Source of the DNA: Azolla caroliniana
Taxonomy: Eukaryota; Plantae; Polypodiophyta
Assembly (NCBI GenBank): GCA_043228905.1
Contig: JBHGNT010000016.1
Location: forward strand, 6,572,001 to 6,636,000
Direction: 5' to 3'
Length of the DNA stretch: 64,000 bases
This document shows positions 24,101 through 36,336 of this stretch, piece by piece. The notes beneath the pieces are model-generated. The model did no database searches and had not been told where the DNA came from. It worked only from the letters and a program-made list of their open reading frames with translations. The translations under genes were made by a program, and so were the position numbers. Each line of letters starts with the position of its first letter. Within the stretch, counting starts at the first letter, position 1.

Positions 24101-26836
24101 GGGGGCAGGTACCAGGACGCGGACTCGTCAAACACAACGTCGCGGCTGACATGCGCTTGTTTGGTGTGAGGGTTAAAGCACTTATAACCCTTCTGCTCGT
24201 CCGAGTAACCGACCAAGATGCATTTCTCGGCCTTTGCGTCCAGCTTCCTCCTTTTCTCCTTCGGTATATGCACATACGCAATGCTACCGAACACCCTTAA
24301 GTGTCGCAAGTTCGGCTTCGTTCCGAAATATAGCTCGTGCGCTGACACTTTGTCTCCGATCCGGTTCTGGATGTATACCGCGGTCCTTACCGCCTCGGCC
24401 CAGTAGAACTTGGGCAAGCTCTTCTCCTCCAACATTGCCTGTGCCGCTTCCACAATCGACCGGTTCTTCCTCTCGGCCACGCCGTTCTGCTCTGGCGTGT
24501 ATCTACAACTGAATTCGCGGCGAATTCCCATTTGTTGTAGATAACCGTTGAATTGACCGGAAAAGTACTCTTTCCCACCATCCGATCGCAGGCACTTGAT
24601 CTTTCGTCCCGTTTCGGTTTCCACGAACTCCTTGAGGTCCCGGAAATAGTCGAAGACTTCGCTCTTCCTCTCAATGAGGTAGATCCACGTGTGCCGCGTG
24701 TGGTCGTCGATGAAGGAGACGAAATATCGGCTCCCGCCAAGACTAACGTTTTGTGCCGGCCCCCACACATCCGAGTGTATAAGGTCCAGCTTGTTCCGGC
24801 TCCGGTTTCGCTCGTTGGGGAAGGGAAGTCGATGTTGCTTCCCGAGCTAGCAGGCTTCACAAATTTGTGCCTTTCGGCCACTAAATTTGGGCAATCCGAA
24901 CACTACCTGTTTCGATTGCAGATCTTGAAACCGCTGGTAGTTGACGTGGCCTATCCACTTGTGCCACAAGTCGATGTCTGACTCGGTCTTTTGTCCCTTT
25001 GCGAACATTGCGGTGCCACCGTCAGTGGAGTCGAGGATGAACATCCTCCCGTCTCTGCGCCCTTGCGCAATCACACGGCCTTCTTCCTCAATGAAGCACC
25101 CGAGGTGTGTAAACCGAACCTCCATTCCTTGGTCGACGATCTGTCCGACCGAGACCAAGTTTTTCGTGATTGTCAGGACGTGCAGCACGTTCATGAGTTT
25201 CCCTTTCTGCCCGACATGGCTAAGGGGAAGTTCTCCGACATTCGCGATCGGATGCGGAGTGTCGTCTCCTGTTGCGACTACTCCAGGTTGTATCGGTTCT
25301 TCAAGGTACGAGAACCACTCCTTATGGCTCGTCATGTGGTTTGACGCGCCGGAGTCTATGTACCACACCTGGTCTGATCTCGGGGTGGTCTGCTTCATTG
25401 AGTTTGCTTCGTGTCTCGTCACGAAGGCAGTCCCTTCTCCGGCTCTCCCGGAGTCTTTGGCGTAGTGCGATCGTTGCCGATTTCCCTTGTCGGTATGTCT
25501 GGAGCCGTTCCCGGAACCAGTTCTCTCCGAATCGGCGCGCTTCTTCCAGCACTCGCTTTCCCTGTGGCCTTTCTTGCCATAGTACCAGCACTCCGCGATG
25601 GCCTTCCCTTGCCAGTTCTCATCGCTTCGACTCCCCCTGTTTCCGGAGGGTCCAGAGTTGTTGTCGGCATCACTTCGGTGCCATCTTCCTTGATCTCGTC
25701 GGTCGCTTCCATTGTGTACCGATTCGCCTCGTTCGCCACGACCACGGGGCCTTTCTCCCTCCGTGTACAACATCTTGTTGTCGGTGTGTGTGCTCGTCGA
25801 CGCACCCGCGTGGTTCTCCTCTACCAGGAGCATCGACTGTAAGTCGGAAAAGGATGGCGTATTCTCCCGAGTACACACAGCCGTTCGAAACGCTCCGAAC
25901 TTCGACGCCAAACCTCCGAGACAGATCTGGACCATCTCACTCTCCTCGATGTTCACCTCTATGGAGGCGAGGGAGTCACAGATATCCTTGATCTTCGAGG
26001 TATAGTCCGCCACCGACAAGTCGCGTTGTCGTAGGTTGCTCAACTCCTGTCGGAGCTGAAGCTTCCGGGCTGTGGTGCTCGCGGCGAAAATCTTCTTCAG
26101 ATTTTCCCACGCACCCTTTGGCGTCTTTGCATCCCGAACATAGCTCAATAGTTGTTCGCCCACACACGACGCGAAGCAATACAATACCCTGCTCGTCGAT
26201 TGCTCCCACGACGGGAAGTCTCTGTGTGTTGATTCGGGTGCCACGTCATTAGCTCCTTCGACATAACTCCAGTAGCCATGCCCGAGCAGGTACTGGTGCA
26301 TCTTGTAGGACCAAGACGCGTAGTTGGTTCTGTCGAGCTTCTCTGTTGGAAGCGAGCTCGCCATGCCTCTATCCATCGTTCTTCTTGTTCTTCTTCGTCA
26401 AGCTGTGTCGGCTGCAGAGAGGTTCTCAACCCTTGCACTCTGATACCATGTAGAAAGTAGTGAGCGGAAGCAGTTATGAAGACAGAACAGAGGAAGGAAA
26501 CACAGGTTTAATGGAGAGCTTGAGCTTACACGGTATACGCAGGAGAGACAGAGAGAGAGAACACAAAAAACTATATTTCACAATAATACTCAATCTCTGT
26601 ACATAAGACGTGCTCAGTGAGCACTTTTATACAAGTCCTAAAAGGACTGACCGAAGTACTGACAGTACTTCAATGCTCATCAAGAGCCCATACACTAACT
26701 CCCAAATATATTCCTCACGGAATATCTTTCCTAACGACCTCCCAGTTTACGCACTTGGCATAACCGATCGGTCCCAACAGATCCGGTCCTCGGCTTCTTC
26801 AGCCGATCCGGCCGATGTTGAGCTTGTCTCTCAACA
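21196..26836 (-). mobile_element. Structurally complete Ty1/Copia LTR retrotransposon
   Basis: 388-bp LTRs 21196-21583 and 26449-26836 (about 11 substitutions by eye); TSD AGATG; PBS TGGTATCAGAGT 26437-26448; PPT TGAGGGGGAG 21584-21593. Confidence 0.98.
21646..26376 (-). pseudogene. Copia gag-pol polyprotein in one frame with two premature stops (24847, 22750) and a long C-terminal tail
   Basis: Knuckle CWYYGKKGHRESEC, protease WYIDSGASNHMT, integrase SDGGKEY/ERKNRS, RT LYVDDL, RNase H KHIEVHYHFVRE. Confidence 0.95.
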
Positions 26837-28672
26837 AGATGCAACACATCAGGTACCCTCCACCCCGGAGGAGATGATGTCAAAAGCCCCCCTCAAGATG
26901 GAACGTGAATGTGCTGGTGACCTCAAATTAGTGAAGTCGTGGATCCGGACGGGCACGATCAAGAGTAAAATAGGTAACCCATCACCTGGTTTGGCAACGT
27001 CTCTCTGGGCTAGAGGGATGCAGGATATGCAACCGCCTAGGAGCCAAACTGTATCGCGAGAGCTATTTGAAGCGGGCCGGGAACGACAGGCTGGGAATCC
27101 CTTAGAGGCCCTCCAATCTACTGTGGAGTCCCTACCCCCAGAAGTAGATGATAGGTTGCCCCCTGACATGGGGATCGGCTCCAACATGGGCATCAACCGC
27201 ACCGCCTCCTAATGAGGATCCTAACGTGGAATGTGCAGGGCCTTGGTGGAGGCCGACAACAACATGAGTGCAAAAGACTTCGGGAGGAGTTGAATCCCCT
27301 TAATATAGGGGGCAACATTGACATATTGCTTTTGCAGGAACACCACCTCTCTCAAGAGACAACTCAGAGCCTAGTAAACCCCTTGTCGGGTGGATGGACC
27401 ACGTGGTGGTCAGCTGCACAGGGTGACCTCCAACGAAGAGGAGGGGTCTGCATCTCGATTAGCGATCAGGCCTGCTACGAAGTAACATCACATGGCACGT
27501 TGGTAGCGGGTAGAGCCTTATATGTGTTGTTGAAGTGGCATCGCCGTTAGATTGGGGTGCTAAACGTTTATGCCCCTAACTCTTCCTCCGAGAGAGCAAT
27601 CTTTTGGAGGATGTTAGCGACAACATTGCCTGATGCAGAGGCGTGGGTAATGGCCGGAGATTTCAACATGACTGAGCATCTGGGAGATAGGAAAGGGGGG
27701 ACCCAAAGACCGCTTCATGGTGCGGAGTTGGACTCCTGGGCTTTCCTAATTGGGAAAATTGGGGTGAAGGATACATGGGGCTCTTCCCTTAGGAGATGCT
27801 CACATTCGCTACACTTCTCTCGCGCTGCAGTGACTTCTAGGGGTGGTAGTCTTGCGCGGCTAGACCGAATATACCTAAGCTCGTCCCTCGAAGAGCTGGG
27901 GGGCTCCTTCGCTATCTTGGCAGGTCTTACCTTCTCGGATCACCAACCGATGAGACTAGACCTTAACCCACCCCGCGGTAGCAAGGGGAGTCTCACTATG
28001 AAAATCCCCACAAAGATCATGAAGAGTGTAAAGGTGAAAGCATGGTTGCAGAGCATATGGCGAGAGACCAGTGTAAGTGAATCGGCCAGTGAGGATTTGC
28101 AGAAGAAACTGGCCCTCTCCTCCTCCTTTTTACAATAGGAAACCAAGGTGGCCCTCCAACAGGGAAGAGCCATTGAAACAAAATTACGAAAGTCCGTTGC
28201 GGCCACGCAACGTTTGCTACAAGCAGACCCTAGTTGCAATTGGTCGAGAGCTAAGTTGGAGGAAGCAAAGTTGAAGCTGCGGGAAAGGACGTTGGAGAAG
28301 AACCGCATGCTATTTCGCAGGGCTGCAGCATGGTGGGCTAGAACAGACGACAAGGTCAACCGTCATTTCTTTCACTCCAGGGCTCCCAAGGGTGGTGGTG
28401 GACATATACAAGGGCTGCGCAAACCAGACGGCTCAATAACGGAGGACAAGGATGAGATTCTGCATATGGCAACCCAATACTATCGCGACCTACTCGCACC
28501 TATACATATGCAGCAAAACACGGAGCTGGTTGAGAGAGTGATGGCTTGCATTCACCTCAAGGTCACCCAAGAGATGGAAGTTGTGCTTGGTAGCCCCATT
28601 TCTCGATTAGAACTCTCGGAGGCACTTCGGGATTTGCGGAGAGGAGCATGCCCCAATCCTGATGGTCTCTCA

Positions 28673-30750
28673 AGAAGAGATTATATTGTTGTTTTGTGGA
28701 CTTCCTCAAAGCCTTTGACACAGTCCCTAGAGATCGGTTGTCTGATAGACTTAAAAGCTTGAGGATACCAGATGATATGGTATGGGCCATCTACGCACTA
28801 TATGAACAAGTGTCCGGGTGTGTCCGATGCCCAGGTGGCCTATCCAATCGTTTCACTAGCACTATTGGTGTAAAACAAGGTTGCCCCCTATCACCGACGC
28901 TTTTTGGGATTTACATTGATGAGATCACAGATTTTATTGCTCGTGAGGGAGGCACCGGAGTGGTCCTTGGGGATACGCAGGTTCGTATCTTGCTCTATGC
29001 GGATGACATAGTTTTGCTCTCTGAATCCGAACACGACCTACAGGGGCACCTCAATGCCTTAGATGACTTTTGTGTACAACGAGGATTGGTAGTGAATCTA
29101 GGGAAAACGAAAGTCCTTATCTTCCACACATCGGCCCAAGTTAGAGCTAAGTGTCACCTAACTATCTCCCATAGCCCAGTCGAGGTGGTTGGATCGTACG
29201 TATATCTCGGAGTCACTTTTAGTGCCCGCTCAGGTAAATTTTCGATGACACAGGCAGCAAAGGATAGACTCACGAGAGGACATGCATCCCTCTCACTCCT
29301 AGAGAGACAATGCCACCAAGCACACTTTCAAGAGCCACGGACTAAAGGGTGGCTCTTTGACTCATTAGTGACCCCCTCCCTCATGTATGCATCTGCGGTT
29401 TGGACTCCAGGATTACCATCCTTCATGTGGACGCAATTAGAGAGACCATTGGTGATGATGCTATCACGCCAACTCCGAAGCAAATCGACTGTACCAAATG
29501 ACATTATTAGGGCCGAGTTCACGTTACCCCCAATGCTAGTAGAGGCACTTTTTCAACTTGTAGTCTTTATTGATAGGATACATAGCCAACCACATGATAG
29601 AATATCTCATCAAGCCTTTAAGGCCTCTCGATCATTGTATGAGTCCGGCTATACTAGCTCATGGTATGGCATGATGGTGACTTGGCTTCTTGCGAATGGT
29701 CTAGACATTAATAACCTACCTCCCCTTAGGTACAACCACACGAGTGATAACACCTTAATCTCTCATGAGAACCGCAATAAAGTAATACGCCAAGAAATAT
29801 GGCAAATTTACACTCGGTGTAAATGGATCACCCCACTAGTGCCACTCCCATCTAAAATGTCGTACTATAAGAAACACTTCATGCACTTCTCTGAGTTAGG
29901 TTTTATCACACGGCCAAAATATCTAGATGTATTCTTACCACATGCACTAAGGGTTGCCATTGGACAACTTAGAATATCATCTCACCAACTTGAGATTGAA
30001 AATGGCCGTACTAGTGGAGTCCCTAGGGAGGAAAGGATATGTAGGTTATGTCACATAGAGATAGAGGATGAGTACCACTTTACTTGCAAGTGTCCAACCT
30101 ATGCCGAGATAAGGGCAAAATACCAAGACATACTTGGTCCGTCTCCCACCCTCCCCAAACTATTAGATACTCTAGATATAAAGAAATTAGGCAAATACAT
30201 TCTAGAGCTAAAACAACACAGAGAGAATAAATTACAAAATGTTGACAATAATGCTGCTAATGATCACGAACATGTAACAAATGCAGTTTTTCAGGAACCT
30301 GAGGAGACAACGAATGCCGACACACTTGCACCACTCGGCCTTTCCATTGATGAGGCAGAAAACCAGAGAAGAACCAGACGTCCTCGGGTGCCGGGTTTCA
30401 AAACAACTCAACGTGATGTGGACGCAATATTGAAAATAAGGGAACGTGAGCTACACCGCCTAGAAGCCATGGCTAGGGCACTCTCTACATTGGAACCCGC
30501 ATCAAGACCCTTTGACCCCCCACTTCTTTTCGAGAGGCTTGGGTGGAAATAAAATTAGGCTTAGTGTATAGTCACTTTCGAGTATACTACATATTGTACA
30601 CTACTAGAACTCTTTTAGTTTAAGTTCTATTTTTTTTTTACTTAATTTTATTTTTAGTTATGATGACTAGATAAATACTCTATTGTTGTAAACCAATTGT
30701 CTCATGGGCCAAATTTGGCCTTAGAAGACGTTAATACACCTTTCTTTCTT
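28673..30750 (+). mobile_element. 5'-truncated RTEX-like (RTE group) LINE
   Basis: Short TSD TCTCA (28668-28672 and 30751-30755); (TTTC)n tail; separates the two halves of L1 ORF2. Confidence 0.9.
28675..30552 (+). CDS. RTEX reverse transcriptase ORF (N-terminally truncated, uninterrupted)
   Basis: CFVDFLKAFD, GVKQGCPLSPTLF, LLYADD; C-terminal LRISSHQLEIENGR..ERICRLC..EDEYHFTCKCPTY. Confidence 0.88.
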   Translation, partial: KRLYCCFVDFLKAFDTVPRDRLSDRLKSLRIPDDMVWAIYALYEQVSGCVRCPGGLSNRFTSTIGVKQGCPLSPTLFGIYIDEITDFIAREGGTGVVLGDTQVRILLYADDIVLLSESEHDLQGHLNALDDFCVQRGLVVNLGKTKVLIFHTSAQVRAKCHLTISHSPVEVVGSYVYLGVTFSARSGKFSMTQAAKDRLTRGHASLSLLERQCHQAHFQEPRTKGWLFDSLVTPSLMYASAVWTPGLPSFMWTQLERPLVMMLSRQLRSKSTVPNDIIRAEFTLPPMLVEALFQLVVFIDRIHSQPHDRISHQAFKASRSLYESGYTSSWYGMMVTWLLANGLDINNLPPLRYNHTSDNTLISHENRNKVIRQEIWQIYTRCKWITPLVPLPSKMSYYKKHFMHFSELGFITRPKYLDVFLPHALRVAIGQLRISSHQLEIENGRTSGVPREERICRLCHIEIEDEYHFTCKCPTYAEIRAKYQDILGPSPTLPKLLDTLDIKKLGKYILELKQHRENKLQNVDNNAANDHEHVTNAVFQEPEETTNADTLAPLGLSIDEAENQRRTRRPRVPGFKTTQRDVDAILKIRERELHRLEAMARALSTLEPASRPFDPPLLFERLGWK

Positions 30751-33700
30751 TCTCACGAGATTTTTTTGAGATTCATTGGGAAACCGTTATCCCGATAGTG
30801 GAAGATGGGATTCAAGAGATTTGGTCCTCAGGAGCGATGCCAACTGGACTAGCGGAGGGAATGATCTATCTCATCCCTAAAGCGGCAGGGCGAAGCCTCG
30901 AGCTATGCCAATGGCGCCCAATCACGATCCTTAACACGATATACAAGATACTCACAAAAGTCCTAGCTAGGCGAATAACAAGCTTCCTACCGGACATCAT
31001 ACATGAGAATCAAACAGGGTTTATCAGAGGTAGGTGTATCTTTGACAATGTGCTACTTCTCTGGGAAGTTATGGCATTGGCAGATAGCACCGCATTGAGC
31101 TCGGCTATTCTGATGTTAGACTTTGAGAAGGCCTACGACAGGGTGTTATGGCCCTTTCTGGAAAGAGTGATGAGAGCTATGGGCCTTCCTCCGCAATGGA
31201 GGAATTGCACTTCTACACTCTATCGGACTGCTACCAGTAGCGTGTTGGTAGCTGGTGCAAGGGGCCCCGTCTTCCAACTACATCGCTCAGTGAGGCAAGG
31301 TTGTCCCCTAGCCCCATATCTCTATCTCTTTGTAACTGAGGCTTTCTCAGCCTTCTTACAAGCACCAAGCAACGGACTAAGGGGATTGCCCATCCCCAAT
31401 GCGACTGAGGATCTTCTATTATCTGAATATGCCGACGATACGGTCCTTTTTTTGCAGGGTGATGATGCAAATCTACAACGAGTTGAACATCTTGTTGAAG
31501 ACTTTTGTCAGGCTGCCGGTGCCAAGATCAATTGGGATAAAACCCAAGGCCTCTAGTTCAATGAACAAGAGAAGCCAAGGTGGCATCCCCATGCTGATTT
31601 TGCATGGGTCCCTGACGGGACGACATTCAAGTACCTCGGATTTACGATGGGGAGGGCAATCCCCAAGGGAGCGCAATTGTCACATGTGCAAGCCAAACTA
31701 AGCAAGAAGATGAACCAATGGAGCAAGTCTAAACTATCCTTTTTTGGGAGGGTTCTTATTGCGAACCAAGTGATGCTCGCCACCATGTGGCACTCAGTCT
31801 CGTGCTGGATTATGGACCCTTCAGGCTTGCGCGCGGTTAAGGCTACCATCAGGGGGTTTATATGGTTAGGAAAGGACAACCCGATGGCTGCCACCAGAGT
31901 GTCATGGCATTGGTTAACACAACCGCGGGCCAAAGGAAGGCTTGGCCTCATCGACCCCTTAATGCAGAGTCGAGCATTGCTAGCCAAAATGGTGGTTCGT
32001 TGCCCCCTGCCAGGTAAGGGGTGTTGGAAGGTTCTACTCCGCAATAGGCTGCAGGCAGGGACTCCCAAGTATGGTAGGCCTTGGCCCGACTCCTTGAATT
32101 GGTGTTGCACGAGCGGCGTCCCACCCAAGATGGCTTGTCTTCCGGAGGAGAGGGTCACAAACTCCATCTTGTGGGCATGGTGTCATGTACGACATCATTT
32201 GGTCAAACACACGCCGGCGACACTAACCGAGTGGTCTAGACAACCATTATTTTGGAACCCTTAGGTGCGAACACGTGACAACATGATGTTAGGCCAACTT
32301 AAGGGCCTAGCATGGGGAAAGCTGGCGCAAACAGGACTTCACTCTTTAGATGATTGGAGACGCACGATGGCTTTAGGAGGATCCCAGGAGGTCCCATCCC
32401 CTCCCCTCAAGGGAGCCATGAAAATGCGGAGATTGCTAGCTGAGGTAGTTGATAGGGTTCTGATGGGGGAGGTGAGAGAAGATGCTTGGTTCGGTCTCTT
32501 TGATGAGGCTGGAAGGGTTAAGGCACTGAAGGGCGTGAGCGGATCGGGAAGAGATAGGATTTTTGGGGAGAGTCAGAGTAGGGGCTCTTGGCACCCTATC
32601 CGCGTGGTGGCACAGGTTGGTAACATCTGGAAGACAGACCCGGATGTTGCTAAGGTGGAACCCCATTGGAAGTTATGGGTGTATGGTTGTCGTCCCCTCG
32701 TCGAACTAGAATGGGACCCAGGGGATTTCAGGGGGAAACATGATGGCAGATTTCACCATTTCTTCGAGTACAACACTAAACTAGGTCGAGCCTTTCAACT
32801 GCAGCTACACAGCCCCCTTTGCAATGGTTGGCGTACATTGGGCATCCCGGATGAGGTGCTCAGTACCTTTTGGAAGGGTCTCTGGCGTCTCCACTTGCCG
32901 GAAAAGATAAAGTTTTTTTGGTGGCAAATCGGGCATAATGTGGTTCTAGTTGGCGAATGGTTAGGTAAACGTGGTGGCCTGTTAGGCTGCCCACTTTGCC
33001 ATTCACCTATTGAGACTCTGAGGCATTGTCTATGGGGTTGCCCTCACGCTCAAAAGGTATGGGATAGGGTGACTCGCCTCCTTGCGGCATGTGAAGTGGA
33101 AGGAACAGCAGCGTGGAGTGCTGCGGCATGGCTTGATCATTCTAGTGATAGGTGGACGGACGCCTTCAATGCGGATAGTTGGTGCTATGTATGCATGCAA
33201 GGAAAAATCTCCAAGATTCGATTTGAGAGAGGCTTGCAGTCTGCATCCCATAGGTTCCCGGACATTTGGATGTTGATCGCAGGCTTCACCGTGTGGTACG
33301 TATGGAAAGCGCGTTGCCTAAAGGTCTTCCAGGATCTGGTGCGACCCCCGGAGGAAGTGATCATGGACATATGGTTTGCGCTTATTAGCTGCCTACGAGG
33401 GCAATTGGACGAGGTTTGCAGCCACTCCTTTGATGTGGATACTACCCGTTTGCGTTTTTGGCAGAAATGGCGGAACACGCCTATGGTGACACTAGGAGGA
33501 AGTGGCCCGAGGTGGAACTACCAACCCCCACGTTGGCTGTTTCCGGCTCACTTACCACCCTCCCTCTGTTGTCGGCCCCAAGAGTTGTCTCGTACTAGTC
33601 ATTGGTACAGGGCATTGTTTTAGTTGTTGGTACTTACACTAAGTAGTCCGTCCGAAAGGCGTTGTAACTAGTCTCGATTTCTAGGACTTGAGCGGAGGGG

Positions 33701-34378
33701 GATTCCCCGTTCTATGCTTAAGCCTCCTTGTACAGTCTCTTTGTAATAATCTTACCTAACTAATGGGAAAGTAGCTTCATTTTGGAAAAGAAAAAAAAAT
33801 CACTATGATGTAGCTTGTTGTGTTTGAGCTCATACAATTTAGGACAAAGAAAGAAAGATATATGTACATTGACACCCAGTGAAGTCCTGAACGATAAGTC
33901 AGTGAGGATCAACCATGATGAGTACGATGACTTCTATACACCTACCAATGGAACATAATTAAATGCTGAATGCATATCTTGCACAATCACTACTTTTATG
34001 GAACAAACTTCTAACGTATATGGAGGTGGTTTGTTAACTACCTCGTGGGAAAGATATATCTACAATTGCTCATCATTGAGAGGTTGAAAGCACAAACTCA
34101 CAGTGTGTAATTCATAAAAAAGAAGCAACTTGAGTTGTGTGGCCATCAAGACAAGTGAAAGTATCGAGATAAACTTCCAAATTGCTAACCATGCCGAAAA
34201 TGGGATGATTTACAATAAACAAACCACAAATAACAATCAAATAAGTCCGTTTGTCCCATGGGCGGGGTTCAAGATCCATTCCGAATCGCCTTCTGTCATT
34301 TCACACATCAAGGAAAGATGTGTTCGACAAACACACACACACACACACACGAAGAAGAAGTTCACTAGGAGGGAGGGG

Positions 34379-35635
34379 TCAATGGGAGTTCATGAGAAGC
34401 GAGTCCGGCCATGGTATATTGCTACAACGTTCCATTGGGCACAACAATTCCTTTTCTTCTTCCCCCTCCTCCTTGGCCTCCGGTTGTTTTTGTTGTTGTC
34501 GTCGTCGTGGTGTCGGGGCGAGCTCCCCGGGATGAATTGGCCCGAGCTCCTCTATCCGGTACCCCTTCTCCGCATACACACATGGGGTCGTCCGAAACCT
34601 CGTGAACCTCACCGACATTTGCCTCCCTGATTCATTACCTTGACCTGCCACCGGACATCCTAGAGGTGAAATGCGAAATCTTGCCTTCTCTAGCGGCCGC
34701 GGTGGTAGGAACCACCGTGTGAACACCCCGTGAAACAACTTCAATCCCATCTTCAGCCCCGAGCTGAGCCACAGAGGTTGCTTCGGGTATCCCATTGCCA
34801 CACGAAGGCGGTCATCCATCACCGCATACACCAGCCTCCGGCCTAGGGGCCGAAGACACGCCGGCATGTCCGCCAAAAACAACTTCATTGTGGGTTCGGA
34901 GGTCTTGGGGTTCAAATCCGCGTAGACCATGTGTCGTGCTTCGAAGCTCTCCATATACTCGGCCGCGGACTCGATGCTCTCCGGAATTTCCCGGATGCCC
35001 ATCCGCGTCCCAATATCGTGCCAAGCTCGAAAATAAGCACACTTTTCTTTGGGAGTCCATTCGCGATAGCCGTACCTATGCCATTCCCCAAGCCCCAAAA
35101 GAGCAGCCAGATTTAGGATACAACATGGTAACTTGTGCTAAAACATGTATAGATAGGTAGAAACCCACCGGGCACACCAGTCAATCGGATAGAGAATGAA
35201 GACGCATAGGACGTAGAGGAAGTCGGAGTTTGGAATGGTGGGGTAGAGGCCATGGATGTAATTGAGGCGGCGGATGGCGGTGCTTCCGCGCTCGCTATCC
35301 ACGTGATGGAGTAGAAACTCTTGGATCAAGAGGTCAGTGTCATCGTAGCGTTTGCCGGGGTTGAGGTTGAACTGACCCGAGCGTGCGAGGATGCGGGAAA
35401 TGGATGGGATGGCGTACGTCCGGAGGAGCCCGTATTCGACTGAGGTACGGCTCAAGAAGGGGAATTCGACGTGCATCGTGTGGGTGATGATGGCGTGTAT
35501 GTCACGTTCATCATCGAGAGTTTCCACGATCCGGGCTCGGGATCGACGGAGCCGCCTGCAATAGAGACACCACCAAGCCACAACTAGGCCAAGAGTAGGG
35601 AGCAGGTAAGAGAGAAGACTCTCAAGGGCCTTCAT
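34379..35635 (-). CDS. Membrane-anchored MpaB/DUF2236 (ER-bound oxygenase / rubber oxygenase Lcp-related) family protein, ~387 aa, exons 35635-35169 and 35075-34379
   Basis: N-terminal TM segment LLSYLLPTLGLVVAWWCLY; motifs LLRTYAIPSIS, KRYDDT, AIRRLNYIHGLY, DFLYVL, IGTRMGIREIP; 93-bp GT-AG intron restoring WCAR|YGYREW; no stop codons. Confidence 0.9.
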
Positions 35636-36336
35636 TTGTCCTCCTCCTCTTCCTTCTCCTTCTCCTTCTTCTTCTTTTCTTCTTTTTGATATTTGTGCGT
35701 ATGTGTGATTAGAAACTATGTATGTACTTGGAACCACCCATTGTGTGAACTGATAGGGAATTCGTCACTTTTAAAATAGCTAGTATGTGATGGTCGTGTT
35801 CTCCCTTTTTCATACATAAATATGCCACCATAACATGAATTAGAGCTTAATATCAATAATCTAACATTCCAATTGACCACGAAAGCTCAACAACCAAGTG
35901 GAATGTTACTAATCAAACACTTGATTCAACTACACACATTGGGAGCTTGCAATTGAAGCATGAGATGATGCCACGTTACAAAAATGAGAGGAGGGCCTTG
36001 ACTGTATAGTCTATATAACCATGAATTCAAGCAGGTGACATTGTTGTGTTTCCAATCAAGCGTGTTGATGGAGAAACATTAAATAGGTGAAGCCCGTGAA
36101 CCTAGGGCTTGGAGGGCCTTGAACTCGTCCTTGGAAATTGTAAACGATCAGGGCTGTCCAATATTTTAGATGTTAAGAAAAAGAAAGTAGATAAAAGTAA
36201 AAAATAAAATGCAGGATCCACCTCACATTCTAGTACTAGAGCACAAGGTAATAATTATTGAGAATACAAAGAATCCACATGGTTTCTTTTAAAACTTGAT
36301 CTTGCATTTCTTTGGTGAAATAGCCCATGTCCATTG

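Larger units (their letters stand above)
20160..27212 (+). pseudogene. L1 ORF1 (zinc-knuckle protein), split by a Copia insertion and frameshifted
   Basis: VVYEGLPGQCFICKQKGHLAKEC; the C-terminal part resumes after 26841 and ends at TAA 27210-27212. Confidence 0.85.
27212..33623 (+). pseudogene. L1 ORF2 (APE endonuclease, RT, zf-RVT), interrupted by RTEX
   Basis: ILTWNVQGL, AGDFN, RLDRIY, SDH; DGLS|RDFFEIHW rejoins across the insertion; LDFEKAYD, QGCPLAP, EYADD; CPLCHSPIETLRHCLWGC. Confidence 0.93.
19455..33796 (+). mobile_element. Full-length L1-clade LINE with two nested insertions
   Basis: 17-bp TSD AAATCACTATGATGTAG (19438-19454 and 33797-33813); A-rich tail; 5' UTR, ORF1 and ORF2 in order. 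Confidence 0.95.

Noticed and set aside
21782-26005. Long plus-strand ORFs opposite the Copia pol
   Set aside because: Antisense shadows of a GC-rich coding strand with no recognisable motifs; the same applies to 58129-63400.
26610-27212. 200-aa stand-alone gene
   Set aside because: It is a chance fusion of Copia LTR sequence to the L1 ORF1 C-terminus.
34379-35635. Bacterial or fungal contamination as the source of the MpaB-like gene
   Set aside because: It has a spliceosomal intron and is embedded among plant-type LINEs and microsatellites.
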